Part shown: positions 13,536 to 25,742 of the stretch, piece after piece
How the letters are laid out: the number at the start of each line of letters is the position of its first letter
Numbering within the stretch: the first letter of the stretch is position 1
NCBI GenBank assembly: GCA_010093815.1
Contig: ML996566.1
Source: Pseudovirgaria hyperparasitica
Taxonomy: Eukaryota
Length of the DNA: 64,000 nucleotides
Strand: one strand, 5' to 3'
Notes under the pieces: model-generated
What the model saw: only the letters and a program-made list of their open reading frames with translations
Told to the model about the DNA's origin: nothing
Database searches by the model: none
Translations under genes and position numbers: made by a program

Positions 13536-14468
13536 CTGTGGGTTTCAAGAATTGGCTAACTGTTTGGTTATGGAGCTTGACTATGGAATTTGGTTATGGT
13601 GTGCAGACACGTTTTGGTTTGTGCGATTGCATACACACTGCTGAAACTTGTGCCGATGTTAGCTCAATCATTCAGATAGACCTGTACGATCGTGTTTGTG
13701 AGACAAGCTCTGCTATCATCATTGAATGACTTCTTACTGTGTGGTGAGCTCGCCGTTAATTAGCTGTAGAAGCTAAATATACTTCAACACACAGTATTTC
13801 TCGATAAGCACACTTGAAATCTCTCTTGGCGGTAAAAGTGAGTGTGAAACTCCTCCGTTGAATCGCTTATCCTGGTAAATGTAGCGGTAATTAGGCGTTC
13901 GGAAATAAATGTTTAATGCTTTCGAACCGTGTATCATTGCATGCTCCCGATCTGATCTCGAGTCAGTTTCACTTTCCAATCTAAGATTATGTGTTGGGAG
14001 CTGATTCATGTGAATGAATGTGACAAATATCAGATTTGACATACTACGGCTACGCTGGTTCGAAGCCCTCAGACAACCCTATTAATATTCCTTGTCGATA
14101 CCAGCTGTATCGAGTAGCAAGTACCTGAGTTCGCGCTCTCTTTCTCATAACATTGCAGCTGCGATTCATGAGCGGATCCTTTCGCTCTTTTGCTTCCTCA
14201 TTGCCCAATCTTTCAGAAAGGAGATATTGCAAAATGTGTCGACGATCCTCAAGCTCAACGAAGACGCAAAAGTCATGAGCCTCAAAAGTAATGCTGTAAA
14301 AGTGCAGCAAGGCTATGTCTAGCTTAGCCCTGTTATATGAACTCCTGAATCGTCATAGATTATTTAACTTGAATTTCATTACGCGTCGCTATTGAGGCTG
14401 TATATCGCTCTTCATCATCGTTCACCCTGGAGTATGCTATAACAAGATCGACGTGCAGTCCATGATCA

Positions 14469-16213
14469 CTACCAACCAGGCACTCTCGTCAAATGAATCC
14501 TCAGTCCGCCCCTCGGCTTCGTCGTCACCGCCCCGGTGATTTCCACATCTCCATTGTCTCCAGCTAATCGGTTGACCTCAAATCTCCCCAGAATCGACGC
14601 CAACACACATCTCAACTCTGCCTTAGCAAAGTCGCGTCCAATACAGGCTCTCTGTCCATGCAAGAACGTGATCTCGCAGTAATTCGATTCCGCTCCGCCG
14701 TGCCTATTTGGCCTCATCGTCCCATCCTCCAACCTGTCAATCCATCTCTCCGGACGCAGCTTATCGGCTTCGGGGCCCCAGAAGTGTGGATTGCGATTGA
14801 TGGCCCATGGCACGACGAGGACGAGTGTATCAGCGGGGATGACTTGGCCCGCGAGTGTGGTCTGGCGGATGGACTCCCGTAGTGTTGTGGGAACCGCGGG
14901 GAAGAGACGAAGAATCTCCTCGCAGAGACCATTGAGGTATGGAAACGACTCGAACTCGTGCCACTGTGGGCAGTCTGCGAGTTCGAAGCTCGCTGCGTCG
15001 GCGCCTTCAGGGACTTTGATGCCGGCGCGTATCTCGTCGCGGATGAGCTTCTGGTAGTGCTTGTTTTCGGCGAGGGTGAGGAGGTGCATGGCCCAGCTGA
15101 TGGATGAGCCGGTGGTCTCGTGGCCAGCGGCGATGAAAGTGAGCATCTGGTCGACGAGCTCGTCGTTCGTAAAGTCACCGCTTTCGATGATGTTGGTCAA
15201 GATGGTGTGTTCGTTCTCGTGGTCGCGGCCCTTTTCCTTTTCGGCTCTGAGGCGAAGGACGCGCTGTTGATCCGCAAGGAGATCGTTGCAGAAGTTGCGG
15301 AGGTAAGCGCTCTGTGTTTGGACGACCCTGTTTGCTTCGACTGGGAGCAGCCTGGTCAGGGCTACGGGGAAGATGAGGTTCAACCCGAGGAACCGGACCA
15401 TATGAGGCTCAGGCTCGAGTATTGATGCGAATGACTGGGCTACAGGATGTTCTGAGGTGGTTAGAGAACGGAAGTTGCGTGACAAGGCACTGCGGCCGAT
15501 GATGTCGAGCGCCAAACGAGAGGCCCAGTCGCCAACCTCAACCTTGCCATTCTTGTCGCAGTCCTTTTGCATCTCCTGCAATAGTGTACCAGTCTCTTGC
15601 CACATGGCAGGGTACAGGGCACGGATATGCTTTACATTGAACGCTGGCACCAACGCTTTACGTTGTCTCTTGTGTACGTTTCCTTCGGTGGTAATGAGGC
15701 CATATCCAATGATACCCCCAAGGAAAGTGCGCAGTCCACTCGGTTTGACAAAGTCGTAGGTATTGGTCGACATCAGGTCTCGAAGAGCTGATGGTGATAT
15801 TGGGATAATGGTCTCAGGCATGAAGCGAAGTCCCTTGATATTGAGAATGTCGACATGCGGGTTCTCTGTCACCCACTTCAGAGGCGTTGAGCCTCGAGGA
15901 GACTCGATTATCAGGTCATGATCCCGCCCAACCTGATTTTACGTGGTCAGCGAAGCACTCATATGCTACCTGAGGGCAGACTTACCGGAATCGTTACAGT
16001 TGGAAGTGTGCGTAGAGGGCTCCGATATCGAGGATAGAAAAAGCGGGCATCAAGTATGAGGCCAACTAAAGATATGGTGACTGAAAGAACGCCCAAATAC
16101 GGTACTATACCAGCGACATGTCTTTCTAATACCTTTGCAGAAGCCCACCAGAGGACAGTAGAGACCACGGTGAGGCGGAAGAGGAAGTAGAAGAAGGTAT
16201 AGAGTGGCAACAT
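14469..16213 (-). CDS. Cytochrome P450 monooxygenase (resembles CYP617/FUM15-like group)
   Basis: N-terminal hydrophobic anchor, I-helix AGHETT, EEILR (ExxR), PERW, heme motif FLHGQRACIG. One intron at about 15934-15984. The family assignment comes from remembered motif style only. Confidence 0.93.
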
Positions 16214-16744
16214 TATCAAAGGACTGTCTTGAAGTCACTACTAACTTTTGAGGACGACATACCAGACTTTTCTCTCTCTATTTATCCTTCATCATAACAC
16301 ACGATACTTCCACTGCATCACGAAATAGCATGTGAAAACCTTCTCCACACGAGCCTCATCAGGCATAGCTCGAACCTTAGGCATCATTCAAGCTGGGGTT
16401 TTCACGTGAAAATGCCTATTTTTTTCGCAAGACTATCCTATAGTGAGCAGTGCAAAAACGTTTCATCTCAGCAACCGGGACCGGAAATCATCACGCGTAC
16501 CGATCATGACGAAAGTAATGGCATACCAGCTAAATCTTACGCGTGGAAGTGGTATTGGCTTGCATGTGATTGTGGTTTTGACAGGCAACCGTTCGCAAGG
16601 TGTGCCGGAATTGGTATGGTGCGGACAAGCTGCCCAGGTTTTGTGTGTTTCCCAGGGAGCTAAGAAGGCGAGCGGATGAACAAACAGGTGGATGGGATGC
16701 TGGGGTAATTGGTTTCATTAATAGCGTTTTTGTTCAACATCAAA

Positions 16745-16748
16745 TATA
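16745..16748 (+). promoter_or_regulatory. Upstream TATA element of the 5S gene
   Basis: TATA 28 nt upstream of the 5S start, matching the roughly -29 TATA described for dispersed Neurospora 5S genes. Confidence 0.5.
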
Positions 16749-16772
16749 GTTCATGAATGCGTCAAACCTACC

Positions 16773-16891
16773 ACATTCGGCCATACCAACCAGAAAGCAA
16801 GCGGTCCCGTTCGCTCCCGCCTATTTAAGCTGGTTAGGGGTGGATTAGTAGTTAGGTGGGTGACCACTAGCGAATACCCACTGCTGAATGT
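16773..16891 (+). rRNA. 5S ribosomal RNA gene (dispersed copy, 119 nt)
   Basis: ACATTCGGCCATACCAACCAGAAAG...TCCCGTTCGCTC...TAAGCTGGTTAGG...TTAGTAGTTAGGTGGGTGACCACTAGCGAATACCCACTGCTGAATGT. 9-bp terminal stem ACAUUCGGC/GCUGAAUGU, helix II CCAACCAG/CUGGUU(A)GG, loop-E UAGUA...GAA, canonical length. Confidence 0.95.
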
Positions 16892-16902
16892 TTTGTATTT
16901 TT
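16891..16902 (+). terminator. RNA polymerase III oligo-T terminator
   Basis: TTTT directly at the 5S 3' end followed by TTTTT at 16898-16902. Confidence 0.7.
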
Positions 16903-17278
16903 ACACGTTCTAATAATAATATTCCAGGGAATCATGTTGGAAAAGTTTTTAGACTTATGCATTTATTTTGTGAGAATGACGTACGCGTAATGCGAGATCA
17001 TTACATTGTTCATGTTTATCATCGTGCAAGTGTGGCAGCACTTAGCGTGCTAGCATTTGATATCCATCGGGCAGCCCGCCGTCTGTCCTAAGCAAGGTCT
17101 ATAATAATACTCATAACTAGAATGTAGGCTTAATAACATTAAGCACATCTCCAAGAATTCCATATACTTATAAAATATTCCATGGAGATAGGGCAAATTC
17201 ACACGAAATCTAGATTCCTACAACGTGCGCCGCGATCCCGAAGCGGATCGGCGCGCGCCACGGTCGATCGATCGGGAT

Positions 17279-17323
17279 GATATCGTTGGGGAACTGATAA
17301 GCATCGACTGATAAGAGTTATCT
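17279..17323. promoter_or_regulatory. Cluster of GATA elements upstream of the CLC gene
   Basis: ACTGATAAG direct repeat (17293-17301, 17307-17315), TTATCT 17318-17323 and GATATC 17279-17284, all within 45 bp. Confidence 0.45.
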
Positions 17324-17601
17324 ATTATTTGGATTGTAAAAAGTTGGGCAGATCACGCTGAGCATGAAAAGGTTCTCCTCTGCTGCTCTACGCCTATAGC
17401 TTCGTATGAGGTTGTTCGTTTGTAGTTCTCCAGATATGCTATGTCGATACTACGCTCTTAAGTTCTGTGACCTTGGTCTATGATACGCTCTTCGGTTTTA
17501 CGGACTTGTCTCTGAGGATAGTGGTTGCTCGCTGAACTTTGTTTCCTTCTCAAATTCTGTAGAATAAATTCCTCACTCCGTTTCGATTCTACTTGATCAG
17601 A

Positions 17602-20120
17602 ATGGGAGACAACGCCACCCCAGAACGACCACACTCGCCCACCGAGCGCACCTCCCTCCTCCATAACCACATCCTCGAAACGTCCCACGACCACATCGAC
17701 GAAGAAGCGACCTCGCACGTATCCAAAGAAGAGCCTGCCCTCGCAGAATCCTCCATTGGCGAACGTATCCCTTACAATGACTACACAACCATAGACTGGC
17801 TGCACGACCTGGTGAAGTCGACCTACCGACAACGCACTCTACACGCAACGACCTCACGCTGGTACCGTTATGTACTGATCCCGCTCGATGCTTTGACAGG
17901 CTGGGTTGCAGTTGCATTGATCGGGACACTGACAGCGGTAGTCGCATTTGCGGTCGATGTCGCGGAAGCCACTGTGAGCGACTGGAAATTGGGATATTGC
18001 AAGCCGGCGCCGTGGAAGACGCGTGGAGGCTGTTGTCAGAGGAGGACACCATTGCTTCCTCTGAGCGATGGTGTGTATCGAGGGTCTGAAAAAGGAGGTG
18101 CTGAGAACACCTGCTCAGATTATGTTATGTGGAGCTCGAGCTATGGCACATCTTTTGCCACATATGTGTGTATAGCTCTCGTGTATGGCGTTATTAGTGC
18201 ATCTGCAACCACCTTAACGAAGACAAATCTGCCGGCTGTACCGACTACGGCGAAGGCTTCCGTTAGCCACGAGAAACCTGCGCGGGGGAAAGTTATGTTT
18301 ATGGCTGCTGGGTCTGGTATTCCGGAGATCAAAACAATACTATCTGGATTCGTTATTCCGAACTTTCTCTCATTGAAAGTACTATTGGTCAAGGCATTCG
18401 GCGCAGTCTTCATTGTAGCCACAGGAGCTTGTCTGGGCAAAGAGGGTCCGTTTGTGCATATTTCGACATGTGTAGGGTACTTGGTAGCTTCGTGCGTTCC
18501 GAAGTACCGCGATAATGGACGGAAGATGAGGGAGATACTGGGCGCAGCATGTGCAGCTGGGCTCAGTGTAGCATTCGGAGCACCACTAGGAGGCGTACTA
18601 TTCAGCTAGTATGTTGTACCTATCCCAGTAGGAAAGAGAGATACTAATCGTACCTGCTCTAGTGAGGAGATTAGTACCTTCTTTCCAAGAAAAGTGCTGT
18701 GGAGGGCATTTTTGTGCTCCTTGTTCGCGGCCATGGTTTTGAAAGCTTTGAACCCTAATGGAACTGGTAAACTGTAAGACTGTGACCTGCCTGGCTCCTC
18801 AGATGATCTTGCTGACATGTTACTGGCTCGAAGCGTCCTGTTTGAGACGAACTATGGTACTAGTTATCAACCGGTACATTATCTGGTTTTCGTCGCTCTT
18901 GGAATCGCTGGTGGTGTTTTTGGAGGAGTCTTCTGCCGAATGAACTTTCTGTGGAGTCGTTGGTTTAGGTCATTTCCAGTGATCAAGAACCACCCAGTGT
19001 TCGAAGTCTTCCTGGTAGTTCTGACTACGACTTTGTTGCAGTATCCAAACACCTTGACTAGAGAACCGGGCGATACCATAATCAAGAATCTACTCGTTGA
19101 TTGTCGCAACGCAGAGACTACAGACACTTACGTTCGTAGAAGCGAGACGGGAGACGGTAGTGACAGATATGTTGGGTTTCTGGTGTACGGAACTCTGGTG
19201 AAACTGGTCCTCACCATTGTGACATTCGGCTGCAAAGTCCCTTCAGGCGTAATCATCCCGGCGTTGGATGGAGGAGCATTCTTTGGCCGGTTGATAGGTC
19301 AAGCAATACCTGGTATTTCACCTGGAATCTTTGCGATGGTAGGTGCAGGAGCGTTCCTGGCAGGTGTCTCGAGAATGACGCTATCGCTCGTCGTTATCAT
19401 GTTTGAAGTGAGTAGAGCCTACAATATGAAATAATTCATTTCTGACAAGGCGTAGCTGACTGGCGAGCTGGAATATGTTGTTCCACACATGATAGCAATT
19501 TTAGTGGCCAAATGGACTGCAGATTTGATATCAACAGAAGGCGTGTATGACCTTGCACAGACGGTACTCGGCCATCCATTCCTGGATCTCGATCATTCGC
19601 TCAAGCTGGTACAAGGCCAACAGATTCCATTGCTCGTGGAGGAACTCATACCGCCACGTCAGACAATGGATGAAATTACAGTCCACCTGCCGGCTAGCAA
19701 CACTGTCCCGCGAGGGCTACTTGAGAAGAAACTGGCGCAACTCCACCGTCGTGGGCTTCTGGATGCAGGGCTCGTCCTTGTTAATGGATCCAATATGTTC
19801 CAGGGTTACATTGGTGAAGGAGAACTTGATTTCGGTCTCAATCAAGTTGGAAGTCCGTGCGAGCCGGAAGTTGACGTTCGCCTGCTCGGTGTACCTTATA
19901 TCAATCCAGATGAGGATGGGACAACGGAGATTGATCTTACGACATATGTTGATCGAACAGTGCCGTTGATTAGTGCTAAAGCACCATTAGAGTAGCCATC
20001 GAAATGTTTGGTAAGCTTGGTCTTCGACATCTTTGTGTCATTGAGGAGGGCACAGGACAGCTTGTGGGATTCATTATCAAGAAAAGACTTGTCAGCTTTC
20101 TAGATAGCTTGGCATACTAA
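17602..20120 (+). CDS. CLC-family Cl-/H+ transporter with CBS tail; apparent 1-nt frameshift at about 19993
   Basis: YTTIDWLHD, GSGIPE, GKEGP (gating Glu), GVLFSYEE (spliced), KVPSGVIIP, SRMTLSLVVIMFELTG, EGVYD. Introns about 18609-18662, 18774-18833, 19408-19455. The frame stops at TAG 19993-19995, while the -1 frame continues AIEMFGKLGLRHLCVIEEGTGQLVGFIIKKRLV to TAA 20118-20120. Confidence 0.85.
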
Positions 20121-21298
20121 ACATGAGACAGCAATATATAAAGTACAAGATTCGGCACTAGACTTTTGCTGCCTACCTCCGAGATCAGCTGTTCTGTTGT
20201 CGCAACATCCTGGACATGTCTCGTGATGCGAGCAGCTAGAATAAGCGATTAACCCATGTCTTTCTGCTGCATATGCTTTGGCGGGAGGTCGTGTAGAACC
20301 TCGCCTAGTGAAAAGTTAAGGTCACGCGCAAGTTGTAACACAACACGGGCCCACTCGATGCATACCCTCCTTCTATGGCAGAGATGGCGAAGTTCGCCGC
20401 CGGACAATTATGCTCAAGCGCCGAAATGGACCGCGCATATCGAATGTAGACTGTGGATATCCTTAGACGAGTAGAAGTCACGGATTGAGTCTGTGAATGT
20501 GTGCTGCTCGAGCTTGCGATGCGGAGGCCAGCTAGAACATTTTTTTCCTGTACATGGAGCCATTCGATCGGGCTACGGAATTCCAAACATCCGTATACTC
20601 CAGAGACTGTGGGCTTGATGGCATTTCAACATCGTCCTGGGTATCGCTCACCATACGCAAATCGATATGGATGATTCATTCCAGGTAGTCACGATCGTCT
20701 CGGACTTGAGTGTTGCCATATCCGTATGTACGTGACAAGGCTGATATGAGTTTGCATGGTGAAGTCGCCGCCGAGCTTGAGCTGCGGTAGGGGTGAGAAG
20801 AAAACATCTGTATGTCAGGGGTGTCAATTAGTACCAGCCTACATGCCTCGTAGACTGATGATTCGGTCGCCACCAAGCCAGCAGTGTCAAGTTTACCCAT
20901 GTCTTCTGTCGAGATGATCCGCGTTCGGGTGGCAGAGTGGCCGTCCAGTCCGCCCGGGTTAACAGCTTCATCAGCGGCTGGACAAAGATTCTCGTTCCTC
21001 GCTTAGAACTACTTAGGCGGCGCGTGCAGGTTGACGGGAGGGGCTGCCTCTGTGCCTTCTTAAATAAGCAGGCGTGGTCTCGCTGTACCGAGGGTTCGAC
21101 CAGTGTCGACCAGCTTCCCATCGCTCATGTTTTGAGGACATTTCTGTCTTGCTGTTTATTGTGTATGTGCTGTGTTGTGGGCAAGATAGCGCTGTGTTTT
21201 GACAGCGCCTGTGTGTAGCCTACATTGAGGGCCTCAGGCAGCTAGAGTCCTCGTTGCACAGCCAATCAGACGGTGAATTTCGGCCCGCAGTTGATGAA

Positions 21299-23349
21299 AT
21301 GGTACTGGCGTCGACGGCAAATTCCATCTCTCCCATGCCTAGCCAGAGCGACAGCAACAATAGCATCGACCATGGCACCGGACGCTCGCGGCCAACGTCA
21401 GCTAAGCACAACGTGAGTGGTCAAGATGAGTCCACAGCGATTGGCACAGCACTTCATGTCCCGGAAAAAGACGCTGCCGCTCCTATCATCGGAGAACTCG
21501 TTTCGGAGACCAAAGCCGAAGAAGATACTTCCCCTGAGCATCATGAGTCCGAAGTAGAAAATACCGCCAATCACCTGCACGGAATTCCTCTGGTCATTCT
21601 TACTATCGGTTTGTGTCTAGCAACACTGACTGTTGCCCTGGACAATAGCATCATCGCTGTAAGCCACTCATCTCAGCACCACACTCTGCTCTGGCCGTGC
21701 TGATCATATCAGACTGCGATCCCTCGCATCACAAGCGACTTTGATTCATTTGACGATGCCGGATGGTATGGCTCGTCATATCTTTTGACAACGACTGCAT
21801 TGCAGCCAAGCTTTGGGAAGGTCTATTCTCAATACAACGTGAAATGGACCTACATGATAGCTTTATTGCTGTTCGAGATAGGTTCCGTGATCTGTGCAGC
21901 GGCACCAAACTCTGTTGCTCTCATTGTTGGCCGTGCAGTCGCTGGAGGAGGAGCTGCTGCCCTCTTTAGTGGCGCGATGACCATCGTTGCCTTCTCCGTT
22001 CCGCTGCACCGACGAGCAATTTACATCGCGGCCTTATCGAGCATGTTCGGCATAGCCTCTGTTATAGGACCTATACTCGGAGGCGTCTTCACAGATCGAT
22101 TGACATGGAGATGGTGCTTTTGGATCAACCTTCCGATCGGAGGTGTCGCCATTGTTGCCGTGTTTTTATTCTTCAACAACCCGAAGCGTCCTGAGAACAC
22201 GCTCACGAATAAACAAAAACTGAAAGAGATCGACACTCTTGGAGCTTTATTTCTAATTGGTGCAATAGTTTGTCTACTCCTTGCCCTACAGTGGGGTGGC
22301 ACTACGTATCCATGGGGGAACTCGAAAGTATGGGGAAACCTACTTGGCTTCGGACTTCTCTTGATCGTATTCGTTACCATTCAATGGAAGCGAGGAGACA
22401 AGGCAACTCTGCCTCCACGAATTCTGCTGCGTCAGAGGACGGTACTGGCATCCGCCCTGTTCTCGACATGCCTTGCTATAGCGCTCTACAGCCATGTAAG
22501 AGATTACCTTTCACTTGGCTATAAATGTCCTACTTGATAGTAGAGCATTGAGTTCGGCCACACACCTTCCCCCACCGTCCTTCTCTTTTCATATCAAAAT
22601 TGAGATTTGACCATTTCTGATGACTAACCACGACAGATATTCTACTTGCCGTACTACTTTCAGAGTGTCAAAGGAACAACTGCCGAGGAAAGTGGAATTC
22701 GTTGCATCCCCTATCTAATCGCGGTCACTCTGGCTTCGATAGTAACTGGCGTGGCCATCACCTATCTGGGCTATTACAGCCCTTTCACTTGGATTGGTGC
22801 AGCTATTTTTGCAATCGGAAGCGGTCTGCTGTATACGCTTCGCGTTAATTCCTCGTCTGGTACCTGGATAGGATACGAAATAATGGCTGGTATGTTGTTC
22901 TTAAAATCCTTCTTCTCCTAGTATCAATCTGATGATCACCAGGTTGGGGTTCTGGGATGTGTGTACAGATCCCTTTCGTTGCCGTGCAAGTTGTGACCTC
23001 GGAGAAAGACATGCCTGTTGCCAATGCTATTGCAATCTTTTTCAACTCTCTCGGGGGTGCTGTCTCAATTAGCATTACCCAGAACATCTTCGCGAACACA
23101 CTTTCAAAGGAGCTAGCCAGTAGAGCACCTGAAGTGAATGCGCCGCTGATCATCGCCTCAGGGGCTACGCAGCTTCGTACCTTGGTTCCGCCTCGACTGT
23201 TACCACAAGTGCTTGATGCATACATGAAAGGGATTACGACTGCATTTGTATTGCCCATTGCAGCTGCTTGTCTAGCATTTCTTAGCTCGACGCTGTTCGA
23301 ATGGAAGAGCATAAAAGGCAAGAAGCTTGCTATGGGGGGAGGTGTGTGA
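21299..23349 (+). CDS. MFS drug:H+ antiporter, 14-TM DHA2 / AflT-like efflux pump
   Basis: LDNSIIATAIPRITSDF, WYGSSYLL, GSVICAAAPNS, GRAVAG, GPILGGVFTDRLTWRWCFWINLPIGG, LQWGG. Introns about 21659-21712, 22496-22637, 22890-22942. Start could alternatively be M at 21335. Confidence 0.92.
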
Positions 23350-24251
23350 CTGATAGATAGAGCAAAATTGAGATCTACTTCAAATCTTGGCCAATGTGAA
23401 CGACACCTCTTTGTTGCGATTCTTGAGCCTCTGGTGGGATGAGCGTACACCGTTTTGTGAAGCAGCCCTCGTTGCATCTCCTGTACGAACGATTGGTGGA
23501 GGGGCATTGTCTAGCTACCCTGTAAGACCTAGCTATGACGACATAGGCTTCACAAACGTGCATGGTTGTAAGGCTCTGGCTGCATGAAGCATGAGCTTGT
23601 GTCTAGGGATGCTTACTTGGCCAGAGACTGATATGCATATGCATATAGCAGCGAAGAGGTTTGAAGGCGTGTAAATAGTAGAATGTTGCACCGAAGTATT
23701 TCTCCACTCTTGTTTACGACACATACAAACAAAAGCTATTCATTTCCATCGTTGAGTCGCGCGGCCATAATTAATAGTCCGACTGAACAGCATCCACCAA
23801 GATTTGACGTGTTGTGATTGAACCCTGCACCGCTCCTTCCCTCGAAGGCTTGCCCCCACACCAACGTCCCCGCTTCTTTGCGCCGCCAACACCAGCGGCC
23901 GCTTCTCAGGAACATCACTTCGTTTTTGTTGCACGCGACCTTGCCCACCACATATTTCCCGCATTATCTTCAAAACCCCCCCGCGTTCGTTCTCTAGGCT
24001 TTCTGCAATCACTTCCAACTATATACCCATACTTTGTGGCAATCAAAATCTCTGATTCACCTTCTGGTACGCTGTTCTTCCCCTTTTCACATGTCTGCCG
24101 AAAAGGGACATCTGTGAACCCTGCTAGACCCTTTTTCTCGCCAACAATAAACCATTGCGCATGGTCGACTGATGCTTTCCAGAAGACAACTTCGACCTCA
24201 ATCTCAGCCTAGGCTCCTCCTACCAACTAAAATTCTGTCTCGGCCGGTACA

Positions 24252-25742
24252 ATGACAGAAAGAATACAACGAATCCCTCTCTCCTATTCCAATAATGACT
24301 CTCGTGGTTCGGCTTTGCGCCTCTTACTCACGCTCAGACCGGACTGGAAAGACTCTCAGGAAACGATAGACTTTATTCGCTTTACGGACGGTATCACCAA
24401 CACAGTATGTACACCTTTTGAGCAGGATGTCATGATGGCCTGAGGTTCACATGCACGCGATGAGCGAGCGCGTGAGCATCAAGAATGCTTTGGAATACAA
24501 CTACATCATGGCGATATAACGGTCGGAAAAGGAGTTCTTACAAGCCAAAAATTTCGCCGATCTACAACTAACGATTCTTTCACCTAGCTTCTCAAGGCGG
24601 TAAACAAGTTGCCGGGTCTGTCCAGCGAAGAAATCGACAAAGATGCCATATTACTACGGGCATATGGGAGAGATACGGAGGTGCTAATTGATAGAGAGAG
24701 TAAGCCATGATTTTCGGAATCGATTGCTCGAGAAGCTACTAACAAGTGTATAGAGGAAACCAAGGCCCACCTCCTTCTTGCTGAACATGACCTCGCTCCA
24801 TCCCTCCTTGCGCGATTCGAAAATGGACTGTTGTACAAATACATTGCAGGTCAGGTTTGCACACCAGAAGACTTTCGCCGGAAGCCTATTTGGCGGGCGA
24901 TTGCCCGAAGGATGGGAGAATGGCACGCCAGACTTCCAATTTCAGCAATTAGTTCAGAACATGGCACAGCGAATGGGAGCATAGACAGTCATGAGCAATC
25001 GTCTGTAGACTCCAAGAACGGATGCTCTCCCTTACAGCGTCGTAATCCTGATGACTTTACTCCGAATATGCCAGTACCAAATTGCTGGTCCACAATGCAA
25101 AAGTGGATTTGGGCACTTCCGACTGCCACCGATGCCGACAAAGACCGTCAGGCCAGATTACAAAATGAATTGGAGTGGCTGTGGAAAGAGCTTGGGGATA
25201 CTCCAGGCATTGACAACAGGCCTCTTGTGTTTTCTCATTGCGATTTGCTGAGTGGAAATGTCATTATTGAGCCTACCAAAGCTACCAGTGCAACACCCGC
25301 CGATAGCGACTGCTTGAGTGTGAGCCTCATCGATTACGAGTATGCTAGTCCAGCCCCTGCGTCCTTTGACCTCGCCAACCATTTTGCGGAATGGGGCGGA
25401 TTCGACTGCGACTTCTCAGTGCTACCCACGCGCGCCAACCGAAGAGATTTTCTGAGCCACTACCTCGAAAGCTACAATACGCATGTCCATAGAGAGACAA
25501 ACGCAAAAGACCTTGACCATTTGTGTGCTGAAGTCGATCGTCTGCGGGGACTTCCAGGCTTTTACTGGGGCATATGGGGGCTGATTCAAGCACTCATTTC
25601 TCAGATCGATTTTGATTATGCTTCGTATGCAGAGGTGCGTTTTGGTGAATTCCACGCGTGGAGGAGTGAGTACGATGGCTCGAGAAAGGCAAAGGGCGAG
25701 GAGATGCCGTTGAGGGAACGACGTTGGGCACAGGAAGAATGA
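24252..25742 (+). CDS. Ethanolamine kinase (choline/ethanolamine kinase family)
   Basis: FTDGITNTL, LRAYG..TE.LIDRE, LARFENG, Brenner motif FSHCDLLSGNVI, LIDYEYA, FDLANHFAEW, GFYWGIW, IDFDYASYA. Introns 24405-24587 and about 24700-24752. Confidence 0.92.

Noticed and set aside
13760..14340. Short ORFs between the convergent DNA2 and P450 3' ends
   Set aside because: Under 90 codons, no motifs; consistent with 3' UTR or intergenic sequence.
20150..21250. Short minus-strand ORFs between CLC and MFS, possibly a gene relic
   Set aside because: No recognisable domain or consistent spliced frame could be built.
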